DNA of 62,693 bases, counting the filler, from Methanobacteriota archaeon (lineage in GTDB: Archaea; JACRDV01): assembly GCA_024860865.1 (NCBI GenBank). It is 5 parts of 5 records of this genome, joined end to end, with 100 filler letters (N's around TTAATTAATTAA, not from the genome) between each part and the next. Parts side by side here need not be neighbours in the genome. Positions count along the whole stretch, not along the records: positions 23,814 to 33,205 come from JACRDV010000110.1; positions 33,306 to 46,092 come from JACRDV010000113.1; 3 more parts are not named here. The stretch is one strand, 5' to 3'. Positions 30,505 to 40,708 of the stretch are shown in pieces. The notes beneath the pieces were generated by a model. That model saw nothing but the letters and a program-made list of their open reading frames with translations. It was not told where the DNA came from and did no database searches. A program made the translations under genes and the position numbers. Numbering within the stretch: the first letter of the stretch is position 1; every line of letters starts with the position of its first letter.

Positions 30505-31662
30505 GTGATTTTAATGCAAGAGAAAGGATTATCAGAGAACACCATCTTTAAACTTCTTAGAGAATTGCACAAAAAAGACTTCAAATACGACTCCGGAGGA
30601 ATTCTCAGCTCAATGTGCACAAAGCCTCACCCTATCGCAAAAAAAGCATACCAAATGTTCTTAGAAACTAACCTCGGCGATGCTGGCCTTTTCCCTGGTA
30701 CAAAGCAGCTTGAAATTGAAGCAGTTCAAATGCTTGGCTCTCTATTGCATAATCCCAAGGCCGCTGGGTTTATTGTTTCAGGTGGCACTGAAGCAAACTT
30801 ACTAGCTCTTCGCGTGGCTAGAAATATGTATGGTGTATCAAAGCCTGAAGTTATTGTTCCAATATCAGCTCACTTCTCTTTTGATAAAGCAGCTGATACC
30901 CTTAGAATCAAACTAGTTAAAATTGAGCTGGACGAGAATTATTGCGTTAAAATTCAAAGTGTGAAGAAAGCAATAACTAAGAATACTATCGGCATTGTTG
31001 GCGTTGCTGGGACTACAGAGCACGGTGCAATTGACCCAATTTCAGAGCTCTCTGAAATAGCTGAAGCAAATAACTTATATTTCCATGTTGATGCCGCTTT
31101 CGGAGGACTAACGATTCCTTTTCTAAAGGAACTTGGATATGATATTCCAGAATTTGATTTTAAATTAAAGGGAGTTGACTCGATCACGGTTGACCCGCAT
31201 AAAATGGGGATGGCCCCAATCCCTGCTGGTGGAATTTTATTTAGAGATAATTCTTATTTAAAATATCTTGAAGTCGAAACCCCCTATCTAAGTGAGCTGA
31301 AACAAGCAACAATATTAAGCACTAGAACCGGAGCTGGTGCAGCAGCTACTTGGGCAATGTTAAAGCATTTAGGAAAAGAAGGGTATAAAGAGAGTGCACA
31401 AAGGTGCATCGAATTAACCAAATATTTAGCTGAAGAAATCAAAAAATTACCTTTAGAATTAGTTATGGAGCCAGTTTTAAACATCGTTACATTCAAGGTT
31501 AAAAATGCTGAAAAAGTTGTTAGTTGCTTGAGAAAACGTGGATGGGCAGTTTCACTCCCAACATACCCAAAAAGCATTAGAATTGTAGTTATGCCACATG
31601 TTAAAAAACAACACTTAAAAAATTTCTTAAAGGATTTGAAAAAATTTATAGATAAAAGGTAA
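30505..31662 (+). CDS. mfnA: L-tyrosine/L-aspartate decarboxylase (PLP)
   Basis: SSMCT, TNLGD, SGGTEAN, HVDAAFGG, DPHKMG. Confidence 0.92.
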   Translation: MILMQEKGLSENTIFKLLRELHKKDFKYDSGGILSSMCTKPHPIAKKAYQMFLETNLGDAGLFPGTKQLEIEAVQMLGSLLHNPKAAGFIVSGGTEANLLALRVARNMYGVSKPEVIVPISAHFSFDKAADTLRIKLVKIELDENYCVKIQSVKKAITKNTIGIVGVAGTTEHGAIDPISELSEIAEANNLYFHVDAAFGGLTIPFLKELGYDIPEFDFKLKGVDSITVDPHKMGMAPIPAGGILFRDNSYLKYLEVETPYLSELKQATILSTRTGAGAAATWAMLKHLGKEGYKESAQRCIELTKYLAEEIKKLPLELVMEPVLNIVTFKVKNAEKVVSCLRKRGWAVSLPTYPKSIRIVVMPHVKKQHLKNFLKDLKKFIDKR

Positions 31663-31668
31663 AGAAAA

Positions 31669-32265
31669 ATGGCTGAAAAAAAATTACCTGACTCAAGTCC
31701 TTCTAAGGAAGAATCTAGGCACTATATTAAAGATGCTCTTGAAAAAGCCCCAGTTATAAAGATGAAAGATTATACTTATTTTGTCACTCCTCTTGAATTT
31801 GAACTTAAACCAGAATTAATTAAAGCTGTAGCAACTGAAATCACTAAAATTGCGAATCTCGATGTGGATAAGATTGTTACTGCTGAAGCAAAGGGGATTT
31901 GTGTATCAACTGCTGTGTCTCTAATCACGGGCCTTCCTGTCTACATCGCTAGAAAACGAAAATATGGGCTAAAGGGAGAAATAGAAGTAACTCAAAAAAC
32001 TGGCTATGGTGAAAGCAAACTTTATCTAAACGGTATCAATCCCGGCGATAGGGTTCTCGTTTTAGATGATTTAATCAGCACTGGTGGCACTATGGTGGCA
32101 CTTCTTGAAGCTCTTAAAAAGGCTGGAGCAGTCGTAAAGGACATAGTAGTTGTATTTGACAAAAGCAAGCTTGGCGGAAGTAAATTAGTCAAGTCAGAAA
32201 CTGGATTTGATGTAAAATCGCTATTCAAAGTTGATGTGCAGGAAGGAAAAGTTATAGTTACATGA
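31669..32265 (+). CDS. Purine phosphoribosyltransferase (archaeal Hpt-like)
   Basis: VTAEAKG, RKRKYG, VLDDLISTGGT. Confidence 0.88.
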   Translation: MAEKKLPDSSPSKEESRHYIKDALEKAPVIKMKDYTYFVTPLEFELKPELIKAVATEITKIANLDVDKIVTAEAKGICVSTAVSLITGLPVYIARKRKYGLKGEIEVTQKTGYGESKLYLNGINPGDRVLVLDDLISTGGTMVALLEALKKAGAVVKDIVVVFDKSKLGGSKLVKSETGFDVKSLFKVDVQEGKVIVT

Positions 32266-33053
32266 AAATTTCTTTGGCGATTTTAATGAAAATTGTTTTT
32301 TTGGGAACAGGTTCAACTAGTGGAACTCCTAAAATTGGTTGTAATTGCGAAAATTGCAGATTGGCAAGAGAATTTGGTGGCATCTACTCACGGAGTCGTT
32401 TCTCAATTTTAATAGATGATGGAAAGAAAATTCTAGTAGATACAAGCCCTGATCTTAGAGCTCAATTTCTTAAGGCAAATCTTTCAGGAGTTGACTTAGT
32501 CCTAATAACTCATACTCATTATGACCATTTCACAGGATTAGGAGAACTTCACGGTCGTTTAGTTGATTTTTGGGCTCTTCCAGATACCCTTGACTATGTT
32601 CTGAAGTGGTTTGACTATTTGAGAAAAGAAAGCCGCATTCAAGTCAAAGTAATCGAAACATATCAACAATATGAGTATGGGAAATACAAGATTCAGGCCT
32701 TCAATGTTATGCATGAAGGTGCTCCAACTACACCTGTTGGTTATATAATTCAAGATGATTCACACAAAATTGTAATAACCGGAGATACTGGATCTGAGCT
32801 CCCACAAAAAAGCCTTGAAACAATGAAAAATCCTGATTTACTTATCTCTGAAGGCACCTTTTTTAAAGAAAGTATTCCTAAAATACATTTGAATGTTGAT
32901 GGCGCAATTAAACTTGGAGGTTTACTTGGGGCTAAAGAAACTATTTTAACTCACTTTAGTCATCGCAATAAACCCTATAACGAGCTCAATAAATATGTCC
33001 AACAGTTTGGTAATTTCTTGGCTTCATACGATCAAATGACTATTGAGCTATGA
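32262..33053 (+). CDS. Metallo-beta-lactamase-fold hydrolase (PhnP-like)
   Basis: LGTG..GTP..GCNCENC, THTHYDH, THFSH. Confidence 0.9.
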   Translation: MKISLAILMKIVFLGTGSTSGTPKIGCNCENCRLAREFGGIYSRSRFSILIDDGKKILVDTSPDLRAQFLKANLSGVDLVLITHTHYDHFTGLGELHGRLVDFWALPDTLDYVLKWFDYLRKESRIQVKVIETYQQYEYGKYKIQAFNVMHEGAPTTPVGYIIQDDSHKIVITGDTGSELPQKSLETMKNPDLLISEGTFFKESIPKIHLNVDGAIKLGGLLGAKETILTHFSHRNKPYNELNKYVQQFGNFLASYDQMTIEL

Positions 33054-33205
33054 AATACTTGGAAAAAGAAGTTTTTAAACAACAGATTTAACCAGTTGAG
33101 ATCGAAATTCTATAAGAGCAAGGATTAGAAGATTATCAATTCATATGGATAGCCAGGTCATGAGAGTAATTCCAATTAAAAAGAGACAATTGGAGATAAT
33201 ACTAC

Positions 33206-33305
33206 NNNNNNNNNNNNNNNNNNNNNNNNNNNNNNNNNNNNNNNNNNNNTTAATTAATTAANNNNNNNNNNNNNNNNNNNNNNNNNNNNNNNNNNNNNNN
33301 NNNNN
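33206..33305. other. Artificial contig linker
   Basis: N-TTAATTAATTAA-N. Confidence 0.97.
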
Positions 33306-33441
33306 GACCACAAAATATTTTATTAAACGCTCTTAAATACAATTGTTGTGGTTAATTTTTCTTATGCATATTTTATTTTCAGTTAGAATTTTTGTGGTAG
33401 AATTTTTTGTCTGACTTAATTTAATTTGGACTGCATATAAT

Positions 33442-33597
33442 TTATTTGCTCATGGAGGTGTTTCTATGCAAACCTGCATCCCCCATGAGCATTTTAGAAA
33501 TTCTCTCAGACAAAAAAGCATGCGCAAACTTGCATTGGTCCTGTCCATGAAACGGTTTTCTGCCATAGTGGACATCGGAAACCATCAAAACTCGCAT
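33442..33597 (-). pseudogene. Metallophosphoesterase N-terminal remnant
   Basis: MRVLMVSDVHYG (DxH motif I) starts 8 nt after the AAA gene; remaining motifs are absent. Confidence 0.5.
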
Positions 33598-33605
33598 CGT
33601 TAACA

Positions 33606-35108
33606 CTACAAGTTGTTGCTGGATTTATTCAACAGCGACAAAAATGTTTCTACAGGTGCGATTAAGATGTCTTTCTCCAGCCCTACATCTTCTTTACTGA
33701 GAATTATGTATCTTTTAATTTGAGGGATTTTCAGCGCATCCCTGAAACTCACATTGCTCCGGTATTTCGTCTCGACCCCCACAAATGATTTGTTTAACCT
33801 CAACACACTGTCTATTTCTCTCCCGCGAGAATCATAATAAAACCACAGGAACGTTCTTACCTCTCGCATGGTGGGTACCTCTTGATTAAGTGCTAAATGA
33901 GAGCAAACTATCCCCTCAACTATTTTGCTCAACGATTCCTCATCCTCCAGATTTTTAGTCACAACATCGTTCACGTCCCTTCCACTCAAAGAACTCTCAA
34001 GCGCACAGAATATGAAAGGGTCTTGGAAGTACACCTTCTTTTCCCCTTTGAATTTTATGTCTTTTTTATTGAAGTCGTAGGCATGAAGAACAGTCAAGAT
34101 GAAAGATTCCTCCAATAAGTCCAAGTAGTCGATCGTTGTCACATGGGTTATCTCAATTTCCCTGGCAAGCTTTGAGAAACTGTACCTAGTTCCATACTTG
34201 TCTATTATCTCCTTCAATATCTGGCGTGCAAATGTTTCTTGTCTCCCCTGTTTTATCACATCGCCCAATACATTTCGAACGAGCGTTTCGGCCAGCGAGT
34301 AGTCAAGGAGTTCCCGCTTTCCAGCGAATGCTTTTTTTAAATAGGCATTGATGACTGCCGGAAAGCCTCCTGTCATCAAGTAGATCCTGAAAAGGTATTC
34401 CAATTCCTTCTTGAAAGGAATGATTGTATTCACCACACCGTACATTTCATTGACATCTGACTTCATGTCTATGCTGACCTTTTCCAATGCAGCTTTCAAA
34501 CGTCTTAAGCCTTTTTGAAATTCTCGTGTTTTAGCGTGGCTTTGTATATAATTTACAGTTTGAAGGACAAATTCTCTAAAGCTCAAAGGTTTCAGGTAAT
34601 ACTCGTTTCTTTCTAACCCTCTCCCAGGGAGAAGCTCCCCTTTTTTACGCAAAGCCATTCCACTAGAACCCGTTGTTATAATCTTCGCTCTTCTTGTGAT
34701 TCCTGAATCCCAGAGGTACTTCAGTTCGAGATTCCAGTCTTTTATAGTTGTTATTTCGTCTAGGAACATGTGAAGTTCTTCGGCCTCTCGATTAGTGTCC
34801 AAAAAATAATTAATAGCATTCCTCATCTCCCTCCTAGAAGTGAAAAAATCTAGTGAAAGATAGAGGATACGTTTCGGGTTAAAACCTTTGCTGATTAGCT
34901 TGTTTATCCACTCTTTCAGATACGTCGTCTTGCCAATCTGCCTACATCCTCTCATAACGTAGATGTTCTCCTTGCTTGTCCTGAATTCCCTTCTATCAAA
35001 GAAGATCAAGCTTTCTTTTGCCTTTGGAAGATGTCTATCGTAAGGCGTGAATTCCTTGCCGTACTTCCACCAAGGATTTTGGTTGATTATTTCGCTAATT
35101 TTTACCAT
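33606..35108 (-). CDS. AAA+ ATPase (AAA_14/DUF4143 type)
   Basis: QNPWW, GCRQIGKTT, FLDEI, TGSS, GGFP, KKVYFQD, C-terminal EID..ETKY nuclease-like motif. Confidence 0.9.
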   Translation of the reverse strand: MVKISEIINQNPWWKYGKEFTPYDRHLPKAKESLIFFDRREFRTSKENIYVMRGCRQIGKTTYLKEWINKLISKGFNPKRILYLSLDFFTSRREMRNAINYFLDTNREAEELHMFLDEITTIKDWNLELKYLWDSGITRRAKIITTGSSGMALRKKGELLPGRGLERNEYYLKPLSFREFVLQTVNYIQSHAKTREFQKGLRRLKAALEKVSIDMKSDVNEMYGVVNTIIPFKKELEYLFRIYLMTGGFPAVINAYLKKAFAGKRELLDYSLAETLVRNVLGDVIKQGRQETFARQILKEIIDKYGTRYSFSKLAREIEITHVTTIDYLDLLEESFILTVLHAYDFNKKDIKFKGEKKVYFQDPFIFCALESSLSGRDVNDVVTKNLEDEESLSKIVEGIVCSHLALNQEVPTMREVRTFLWFYYDSRGREIDSVLRLNKSFVGVETKYRSNVSFRDALKIPQIKRYIILSKEDVGLEKDILIAPVETFLSLLNKSSNNL

Positions 35109-35373
35109 ATTTAGTTAATTCACTATCCAAATTTTTAAATTTTTCGATAATCTACTATCTAAAATCTCCAACAACAAACTTGTACCTAACGAAAAATATA
35201 CGAAGAAGCTGAAGCCAAAATTCCTGTAGCCGTTGAAAGACGATTTGAACAGAGGAGATACGGGAGTTTCTGCCTCTTTCTATAGCACCTTTTTATCCAC
35301 AATTTTTTCATAAATAATTTTTTCCAGTTTTTACTTTTTATATTTTTGCAGTATAAAATTCTATTTTGGAAGT

Positions 35374-36183
35374 TTAAATCAAGAGTTTATTCATACTTCC
35401 GCTCACATAACCCTCAAGGTCTAAAGTAACAAAAAGAAAACCAATTTTCCTGAAGTGTTCTATTATTTGCAGTGTAAAGCTAAGAAGTATTGGAAAATCA
35501 TCCTTTGGCACTTCAATTCGAGCTATTTTATCACTATGATATCTCACTCTGACCTGTTTAATTCCCAAATTCCGGATGAAGTTCTCTGCTGAATTTATCA
35601 TATCAAGTTTTTCTTGCGTTATCTTTTCATAATAGGGTACTCTAGAAGCAAGACATGCCATCGATGGTTTGTTCCAATTGCTTAAACCAAAAAACCTTGC
35701 TAATTCTCGAGCTTCTTCTTTATTTATCTCAGCTAACGCCAATGGACTTACAACCCCATTTTTTCTTGCAGCAATTATTCCTGGCCTATGGTCAGAAAGA
35801 TCAGAAGCATTAGTTCCATCCAAAATAGCGTGAGCGCCTTCTTTAGCAGCGATTTCTTTTAGTTTAGCAAATAATTCTGTCTTGCAATAGTAGCACCTGT
35901 CAGCTGGATTAGAGCTGAAATTTTCATTTTCTAATTCCGAAGTATGTATTAACATATGATTTATGCCAATTTCTTTCGCCATTTGCTCAGCAATTTTCAC
36001 TTCAATATCCGGATAAGTGGGAGAAACAGCAGTAACAGCTATAGCATCGCCTTCTAAAGCCTCATGTGCAAGTTTCGCAACCAAACTGCTATCAACACCA
36101 CCTGAAAAAGCTATTATTACTTTTTTTGCGTTTCTTATGATTTTTTTAGCTTCTTCAGCTTTTGATAATATATTATTGCTCAT
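35374..36183 (-). CDS. larE: LarE-like ATP-dependent sulfur transferase (PP-loop)
   Basis: AFSGGVDS, RCYYCK, DHRPG, ACLASR, VRVRYH, GSMN. Confidence 0.9.
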   Translation of the reverse strand: MSNNILSKAEEAKKIIRNAKKVIIAFSGGVDSSLVAKLAHEALEGDAIAVTAVSPTYPDIEVKIAEQMAKEIGINHMLIHTSELENENFSSNPADRCYYCKTELFAKLKEIAAKEGAHAILDGTNASDLSDHRPGIIAARKNGVVSPLALAEINKEEARELARFFGLSNWNKPSMACLASRVPYYEKITQEKLDMINSAENFIRNLGIKQVRVRYHSDKIARIEVPKDDFPILLSFTLQIIEHFRKIGFLFVTLDLEGYVSGSMNKLLI

Positions 36184-36193
36184 AACATTCAAC

Positions 36194-37234
36194 CTAGGCT
36201 GGCAATGGTTTGGTGAGTAACCTGGCAATGTAAAACCCATTTGTAGCAATTTTTTTAACTTCCAATATTATTTCTGGACATTCTTTCTCAAATTTTTTGA
36301 ATTCGTTAATTAGTTCTTGGTATTTATTAATTGCAATTTTAGCTAATTCTTTATCAGCGTTCTTAAAAGCATCGAAAGCATCCGAGATAATTTCTAAAGA
36401 AAGTTTATGGACTCTAGATAGTTGCTCTGGCATTTTTTTATCTTTAACCAGAACAATAAGCGAGTTGAATCCATCTAGCATCCTTGAAATATCTAAGGAT
36501 AAACCGAGGAGAATTAAACCAAAAGTTGCATCTTCTTTTCTTTCAGTATTTATAATAAAATTTATAGCGTTTTTATTTGCTTCTTTAAGTTCAACCTGCA
36601 GATCTTGTGCAATTTTCCCATCAAACATATTTTTGTACGTCTCAATAAATTTTGAGAAAATTCCATTTAATTTATTAAATCCCTCCTCAAATATTGGTCT
36701 TGTTGGGAGATTTCTTATTTTTTGAAAAATCATATAACCGGTTATTTGTTCAGCAGACTTTGTTGGAGCTGATAAAGGATCTGGCGGCCCCTCAAGTAAA
36801 ATAGGGCAAACTTTAGTCATACAATCTTCGCAGCTTCCGGATGCGCAATCCGCGCCAGAATTCCTGCAATATGTGCAAATGGTAGCAGGCCATATCACTT
36901 TTGAAACTAATCTTATAGTTTCTTGAGCATCTTCTTTGTCCCTAGCTCTCCTCACATTTATTTTTCCATTCTGGAATAGTATTATAGTTTTTTCATCGTA
37001 ATCGATTTTTGCCATTCCTAATCGCTGAGAACAACGAACCGAATCAAAAAGCGGGTTATCCTCCAAGAAGGTGCAAAGCACAGAAGGATCAAAAAATCTA
37101 TACTTATATCTAGTATCAAATTTATATTCAGGCAATCGAACTATTGCTTCGGCCATTATTTTTCCACCTTCAGAAATACAAGGATAAAAATAAGCAATTC
37201 CTTTTTCAGTAACAACTTTAGTTTTGGCTTCCAA
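36194..37234 (-). CDS. Hypothetical protein with a Cys cluster and helical C-terminus
   Basis: CTYC...CASGSCEDC....C; lies between sufS and larE. Confidence 0.7.
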   Translation of the reverse strand: MEAKTKVVTEKGIAYFYPCISEGGKIMAEAIVRLPEYKFDTRYKYRFFDPSVLCTFLEDNPLFDSVRCSQRLGMAKIDYDEKTIILFQNGKINVRRARDKEDAQETIRLVSKVIWPATICTYCRNSGADCASGSCEDCMTKVCPILLEGPPDPLSAPTKSAEQITGYMIFQKIRNLPTRPIFEEGFNKLNGIFSKFIETYKNMFDGKIAQDLQVELKEANKNAINFIINTERKEDATFGLILLGLSLDISRMLDGFNSLIVLVKDKKMPEQLSRVHKLSLEIISDAFDAFKNADKELAKIAINKYQELINEFKKFEKECPEIILEVKKIATNGFYIARLLTKPLPA

Positions 37235-37285
37235 TCCAATACCACTTAATAATTTTTAATTTGTTAATTGCAAAATTATTATCAA

Positions 37286-38491
37286 TCAAATTTTAGATAT
37301 TTCTTTAATTGCGTCAATAAATTTTTTAACCTCTTCTATTGTGTTATAAATATATAACGAGGCTCTAGCAGTTCCATTAGGTCTTTTTAAAATTTCTTTC
37401 ATCAAGGGTAAGGCACAATGATGCCCCGAACGAATCATTATATTAGCTATATTGTCCAAAACTAAAGCCACATCGTGGGGATTAAGATTAGGAATATTAA
37501 ATGAAATTATTCCAACTTTATTTTCTGCTGGCCCATAAACTTCTACATTATCTATCTCGCTTAATCCCTTGAAAGCCAAGTTTGAAAGCTTGTTTTCATG
37601 CTCCAGCACATTTTCCATACCAATTTTTGTCAAATAATCTACTGCAGCACCTAATCCGATTGCAGGCGCTATAGGAGGCGTACCCGCTTCAAATCGCTCT
37701 GGAGAGCGAGTTAATTTATAACTATCAATAGAAACATCCTCTATCGTACCGCCTCCGAAAGTGAAAGGTTCAACATCGTTTAGGTGTTCTTCTTTAATAT
37801 AAAGAACTCCAACTCCAGTTGGACCAAGCATTTTATGTCCTGACAAAGCCATGAAATCGCAATCCATTTTTTTAACATTTATTGGGATATGTGGAACTGA
37901 CTGTGCCCCATCGATTAAACATAGCGCTCCAAAATTGTGGGAAATTTTTATCATTTCCTCCACTGGAACAACATTTCCCAAGACATTAGATACATGTGTT
38001 ACAGCAACTAACTTCGTTTTATTTGAGATTAATTTTTCAAAATCAGCTATTTCTATTGTTCCATCTGGTTTAGGTTTCAATAACTTTATAATAAAACCTT
38101 TTTTTCTTAACCTTAACCAAGGAATAAAATTTGAATGATGCTCTAAATAAGTAGTTATAATTTCATTGCGATTGCGATTATCTAGTTCAATAGAATTTGC
38201 GATAAAGTTAATTGATTCAGTAGTATTTTTTGTAAATATTATTTCTCTCTCAGAATTCGCGCCGATAAAATCAGCTACTTTAAAATGGGCCAATTCATAT
38301 TTTTCGCTCGCTTCCTGAGAAAGACGATGCACGCCTCTATGAACATTTGCTCGGTACTCTAGATAATACCTGCTTATTTCCTCTATAACTTGCCTCGGAG
38401 TTAAACTAGAGGCAGCGCTGTCCATGTAAATAACTTTTGAAACTATTGGAAAATCTTCTCGCAGTTTTTCAAAGTCTAATTTTATCACCAA
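37286..38491 (-). CDS. sufS: Cysteine desulfurase (SufS type)
   Basis: REDFP, ANVHRG, SGHKMLGP, FEAGTP, RSGHHCA. Confidence 0.95.
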   Translation of the reverse strand: MVIKLDFEKLREDFPIVSKVIYMDSAASSLTPRQVIEEISRYYLEYRANVHRGVHRLSQEASEKYELAHFKVADFIGANSEREIIFTKNTTESINFIANSIELDNRNRNEIITTYLEHHSNFIPWLRLRKKGFIIKLLKPKPDGTIEIADFEKLISNKTKLVAVTHVSNVLGNVVPVEEMIKISHNFGALCLIDGAQSVPHIPINVKKMDCDFMALSGHKMLGPTGVGVLYIKEEHLNDVEPFTFGGGTIEDVSIDSYKLTRSPERFEAGTPPIAPAIGLGAAVDYLTKIGMENVLEHENKLSNLAFKGLSEIDNVEVYGPAENKVGIISFNIPNLNPHDVALVLDNIANIMIRSGHHCALPLMKEILKRPNGTARASLYIYNTIEEVKKFIDAIKEISKI

Positions 38492-38570
38492 AACTTTTAA
38501 TTCGTAATTTCTACATTTGAGATATATCTATGTTTATGGGTAAACAAATCTTCCATCGGTAAATTTAAAT

Positions 38571-39038
38571 TTGCTCTCATTTAAATCAAAAAATAGATTT
38601 CGAGGTGAAACTATGGAAAAAAAAGGGATTGCTGAAAAATTACCCTCCATTGACTCTATTTTTGCTGATATTATCTCGAAGCCAAAAAGCAAAGAAGCTG
38701 GCTGTGCAGCAATTTTTATTGGATTTGTCAGAGGAAAAACAGAGAAGGGAAGTTCTGTAGAACGTCTTTATTTTGAGTCCTATGAGAAAAAGGCCTTAGA
38801 AGCTTTTGACTCAATAATACAGTCTCTTGAAAATAAAGAGGGAATTGTTGATGTAAGAATTTACCATAGAATTGGTGACTTAAAGGTTGGAGACCCGATT
38901 GTAATCATAAGCGTTGCTGGTGGACACAGAGAACAAGTTTTTCCGGTGTTAGCTGAAGCAGTTGAACGAATGAAAAGCGAGGCTACTATTTGGAAGAAAG
39001 AATTTACAGCTGGCGAGAGTTATTGGGTTAAGCACTAG
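38571..39038 (+). CDS. moaE: Molybdopterin synthase catalytic subunit (start probably the ATG near 38613)
   Basis: FIGFVRG, HRIGDLKVG, HR, IWKKE. Confidence 0.9.
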   Translation: MLSFKSKNRFRGETMEKKGIAEKLPSIDSIFADIISKPKSKEAGCAAIFIGFVRGKTEKGSSVERLYFESYEKKALEAFDSIIQSLENKEGIVDVRIYHRIGDLKVGDPIVIISVAGGHREQVFPVLAEAVERMKSEATIWKKEFTAGESYWVKH

Positions 39039-39110
39039 CTTTTGTAATTTTATAAAACAATTTTTAAAAACAACTTTTTTCTAATTTTTAAGAAAAAGTC
39101 TTGAAGAAGG

Positions 39111-39412
39111 TTAAATATGAGAAATAGCATTTTTTTGCATCAATCGCGCAACTTTAACAACAGTATCATCCGGGCCAACATAGATAACTGGGCTGCTCAT
39201 TAGTTCCTCGACTTTGCGTTTTTTCTCAACTTGAACTTGCTTGAGCGCATCCAATATTTTTTTAAATGTAGAAAGTCTTGGATCAAGCGTGCCTGTTTCT
39301 ATCCGCGCAATTAAGACTGACTTACACCTGCTCGTCTTGCTAATTCAGTTTGAGTTATATTTGCTTGTCTTCTTAATCGTTTAATTTCTTCTTGGTCAAA
39401 TTCTTCGGCCAA
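39111..39412 (-). pseudogene. HTH-XRE + CBS transcriptional regulator, frameshifted and truncated
   Basis: ITQTELARRAGVSQS, then a 1-nt deletion, then IARIETGTLDPRLST and the start of a CBS domain (LMSSPVIYV) ending at a premature TAA. Confidence 0.8.
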
Positions 39413-39511
39413 TTTCTCATCTCATTAATTTTTATTACTCCTAGTCATATTTTATGAGAAAAAGGATATATAATAGTAATTTCTTCTAAAATTACTCTCA
39501 CGTATAATTTA

Positions 39512-40594
39512 ATGTTTTATTTATTAAAACTTTATTGGTTCAGAAAGCCATGGAGGGTTAAAATGGATTTACCATTTGGAAAGTTAAAAACGACCGCGAT
39601 TGGAAGTTTTCCGCTTCAACACTCTATTGAGAAAATGCAAAGGGCACTTTTAGACCAAATTGAAGCAGGGATAAATTTCCCTTCTGTTCCGCAACTTTTA
39701 GACATGAATTTAATGTTTTTAGAACCTCTAGCAAAAGAAGGATGTGGAATAGAAATAAGAAATGGAAATGCCTGGATTACTAGCGATTTAAAAAAACCTA
39801 AAAAACCAATTGCTGTTGAATTTTTGGAATTTACACAAGAATTTCTCAAGAAAAGTGATCTATTAGAAAAAATAGATGGCGTCAAAATACCTGTAACTGG
39901 CCCTATTACGTTGTCGTCAGTCACTAAGATTACTGAAAAAAATTATGCAATAGAATTCTCAGATTTTATTTTAAAATTTTCTGAAATAGTAGCTGAAATC
40001 GTTAGATATTATGACGAATTCGGAGTGGGATTAATTACAATAGATGAACCTGCTCTAGGATATGCTATATGGCTTGGAACAGAAGAAGATGTAATAATCA
40101 AAGCAATCGACAAGCCAATAGAAGCGATAAAAAGAGCTTTACCTTCAGTTCATGTTTGTGGCGATATCAGAACAGTTGCAAATCTACTTATTAAATCAAA
40201 AGCTTCAATACTTACTCATGAATTCAAAGCTTTACCAAAAAATTTGGAAGTTTATTCCAAAGAGATGTTAGATGGGGTTGACAAAATGATTGGTTTAGGT
40301 TGCGTTAACTCAAGGCCAGATCCTCAGCTACTTTTAGACATCAGAGACAAGAAAAAGAATTGGATAGAAGCAGTAGAACCAGTAGATGAGGTAGAGAAGT
40401 TTATCTTAGAAGGCGCAAAAAGATTCGGACTAGAAAGATTGGTAATTGTCCCAGATTGTGGATTTGGGGGTATGAAGGAATACTTTAAAGATGATACGGG
40501 ACAAAAAATAGCAAGTCAAAAACTAAAAAACATGGTAGAAGCAGTCAAAAAAATTGAAGGAAAAATTAACATTTCCAATGTGGAAAGAACCTAA
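39512..40594 (+). CDS. Cobalamin-independent methionine synthase catalytic-domain (core) family protein
   Basis: IGSFP, VTGPITL, IDEP, HVCG, E and PDCG zinc ligands. Confidence 0.85.
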   Translation: MFYLLKLYWFRKPWRVKMDLPFGKLKTTAIGSFPLQHSIEKMQRALLDQIEAGINFPSVPQLLDMNLMFLEPLAKEGCGIEIRNGNAWITSDLKKPKKPIAVEFLEFTQEFLKKSDLLEKIDGVKIPVTGPITLSSVTKITEKNYAIEFSDFILKFSEIVAEIVRYYDEFGVGLITIDEPALGYAIWLGTEEDVIIKAIDKPIEAIKRALPSVHVCGDIRTVANLLIKSKASILTHEFKALPKNLEVYSKEMLDGVDKMIGLGCVNSRPDPQLLLDIRDKKKNWIEAVEPVDEVEKFILEGAKRFGLERLVIVPDCGFGGMKEYFKDDTGQKIASQKLKNMVEAVKKIEGKINISNVERT

Positions 40595-40708
40595 TGTCTT
40601 CCGAATTTTTAGAATTACAATTGTATACGCTATTTTGATAATACTCTTTAATAGTTACAATAATTAGAACCCTTATATGCGCCTCTAAACAGCAATGGGG
40701 AAGGATTT

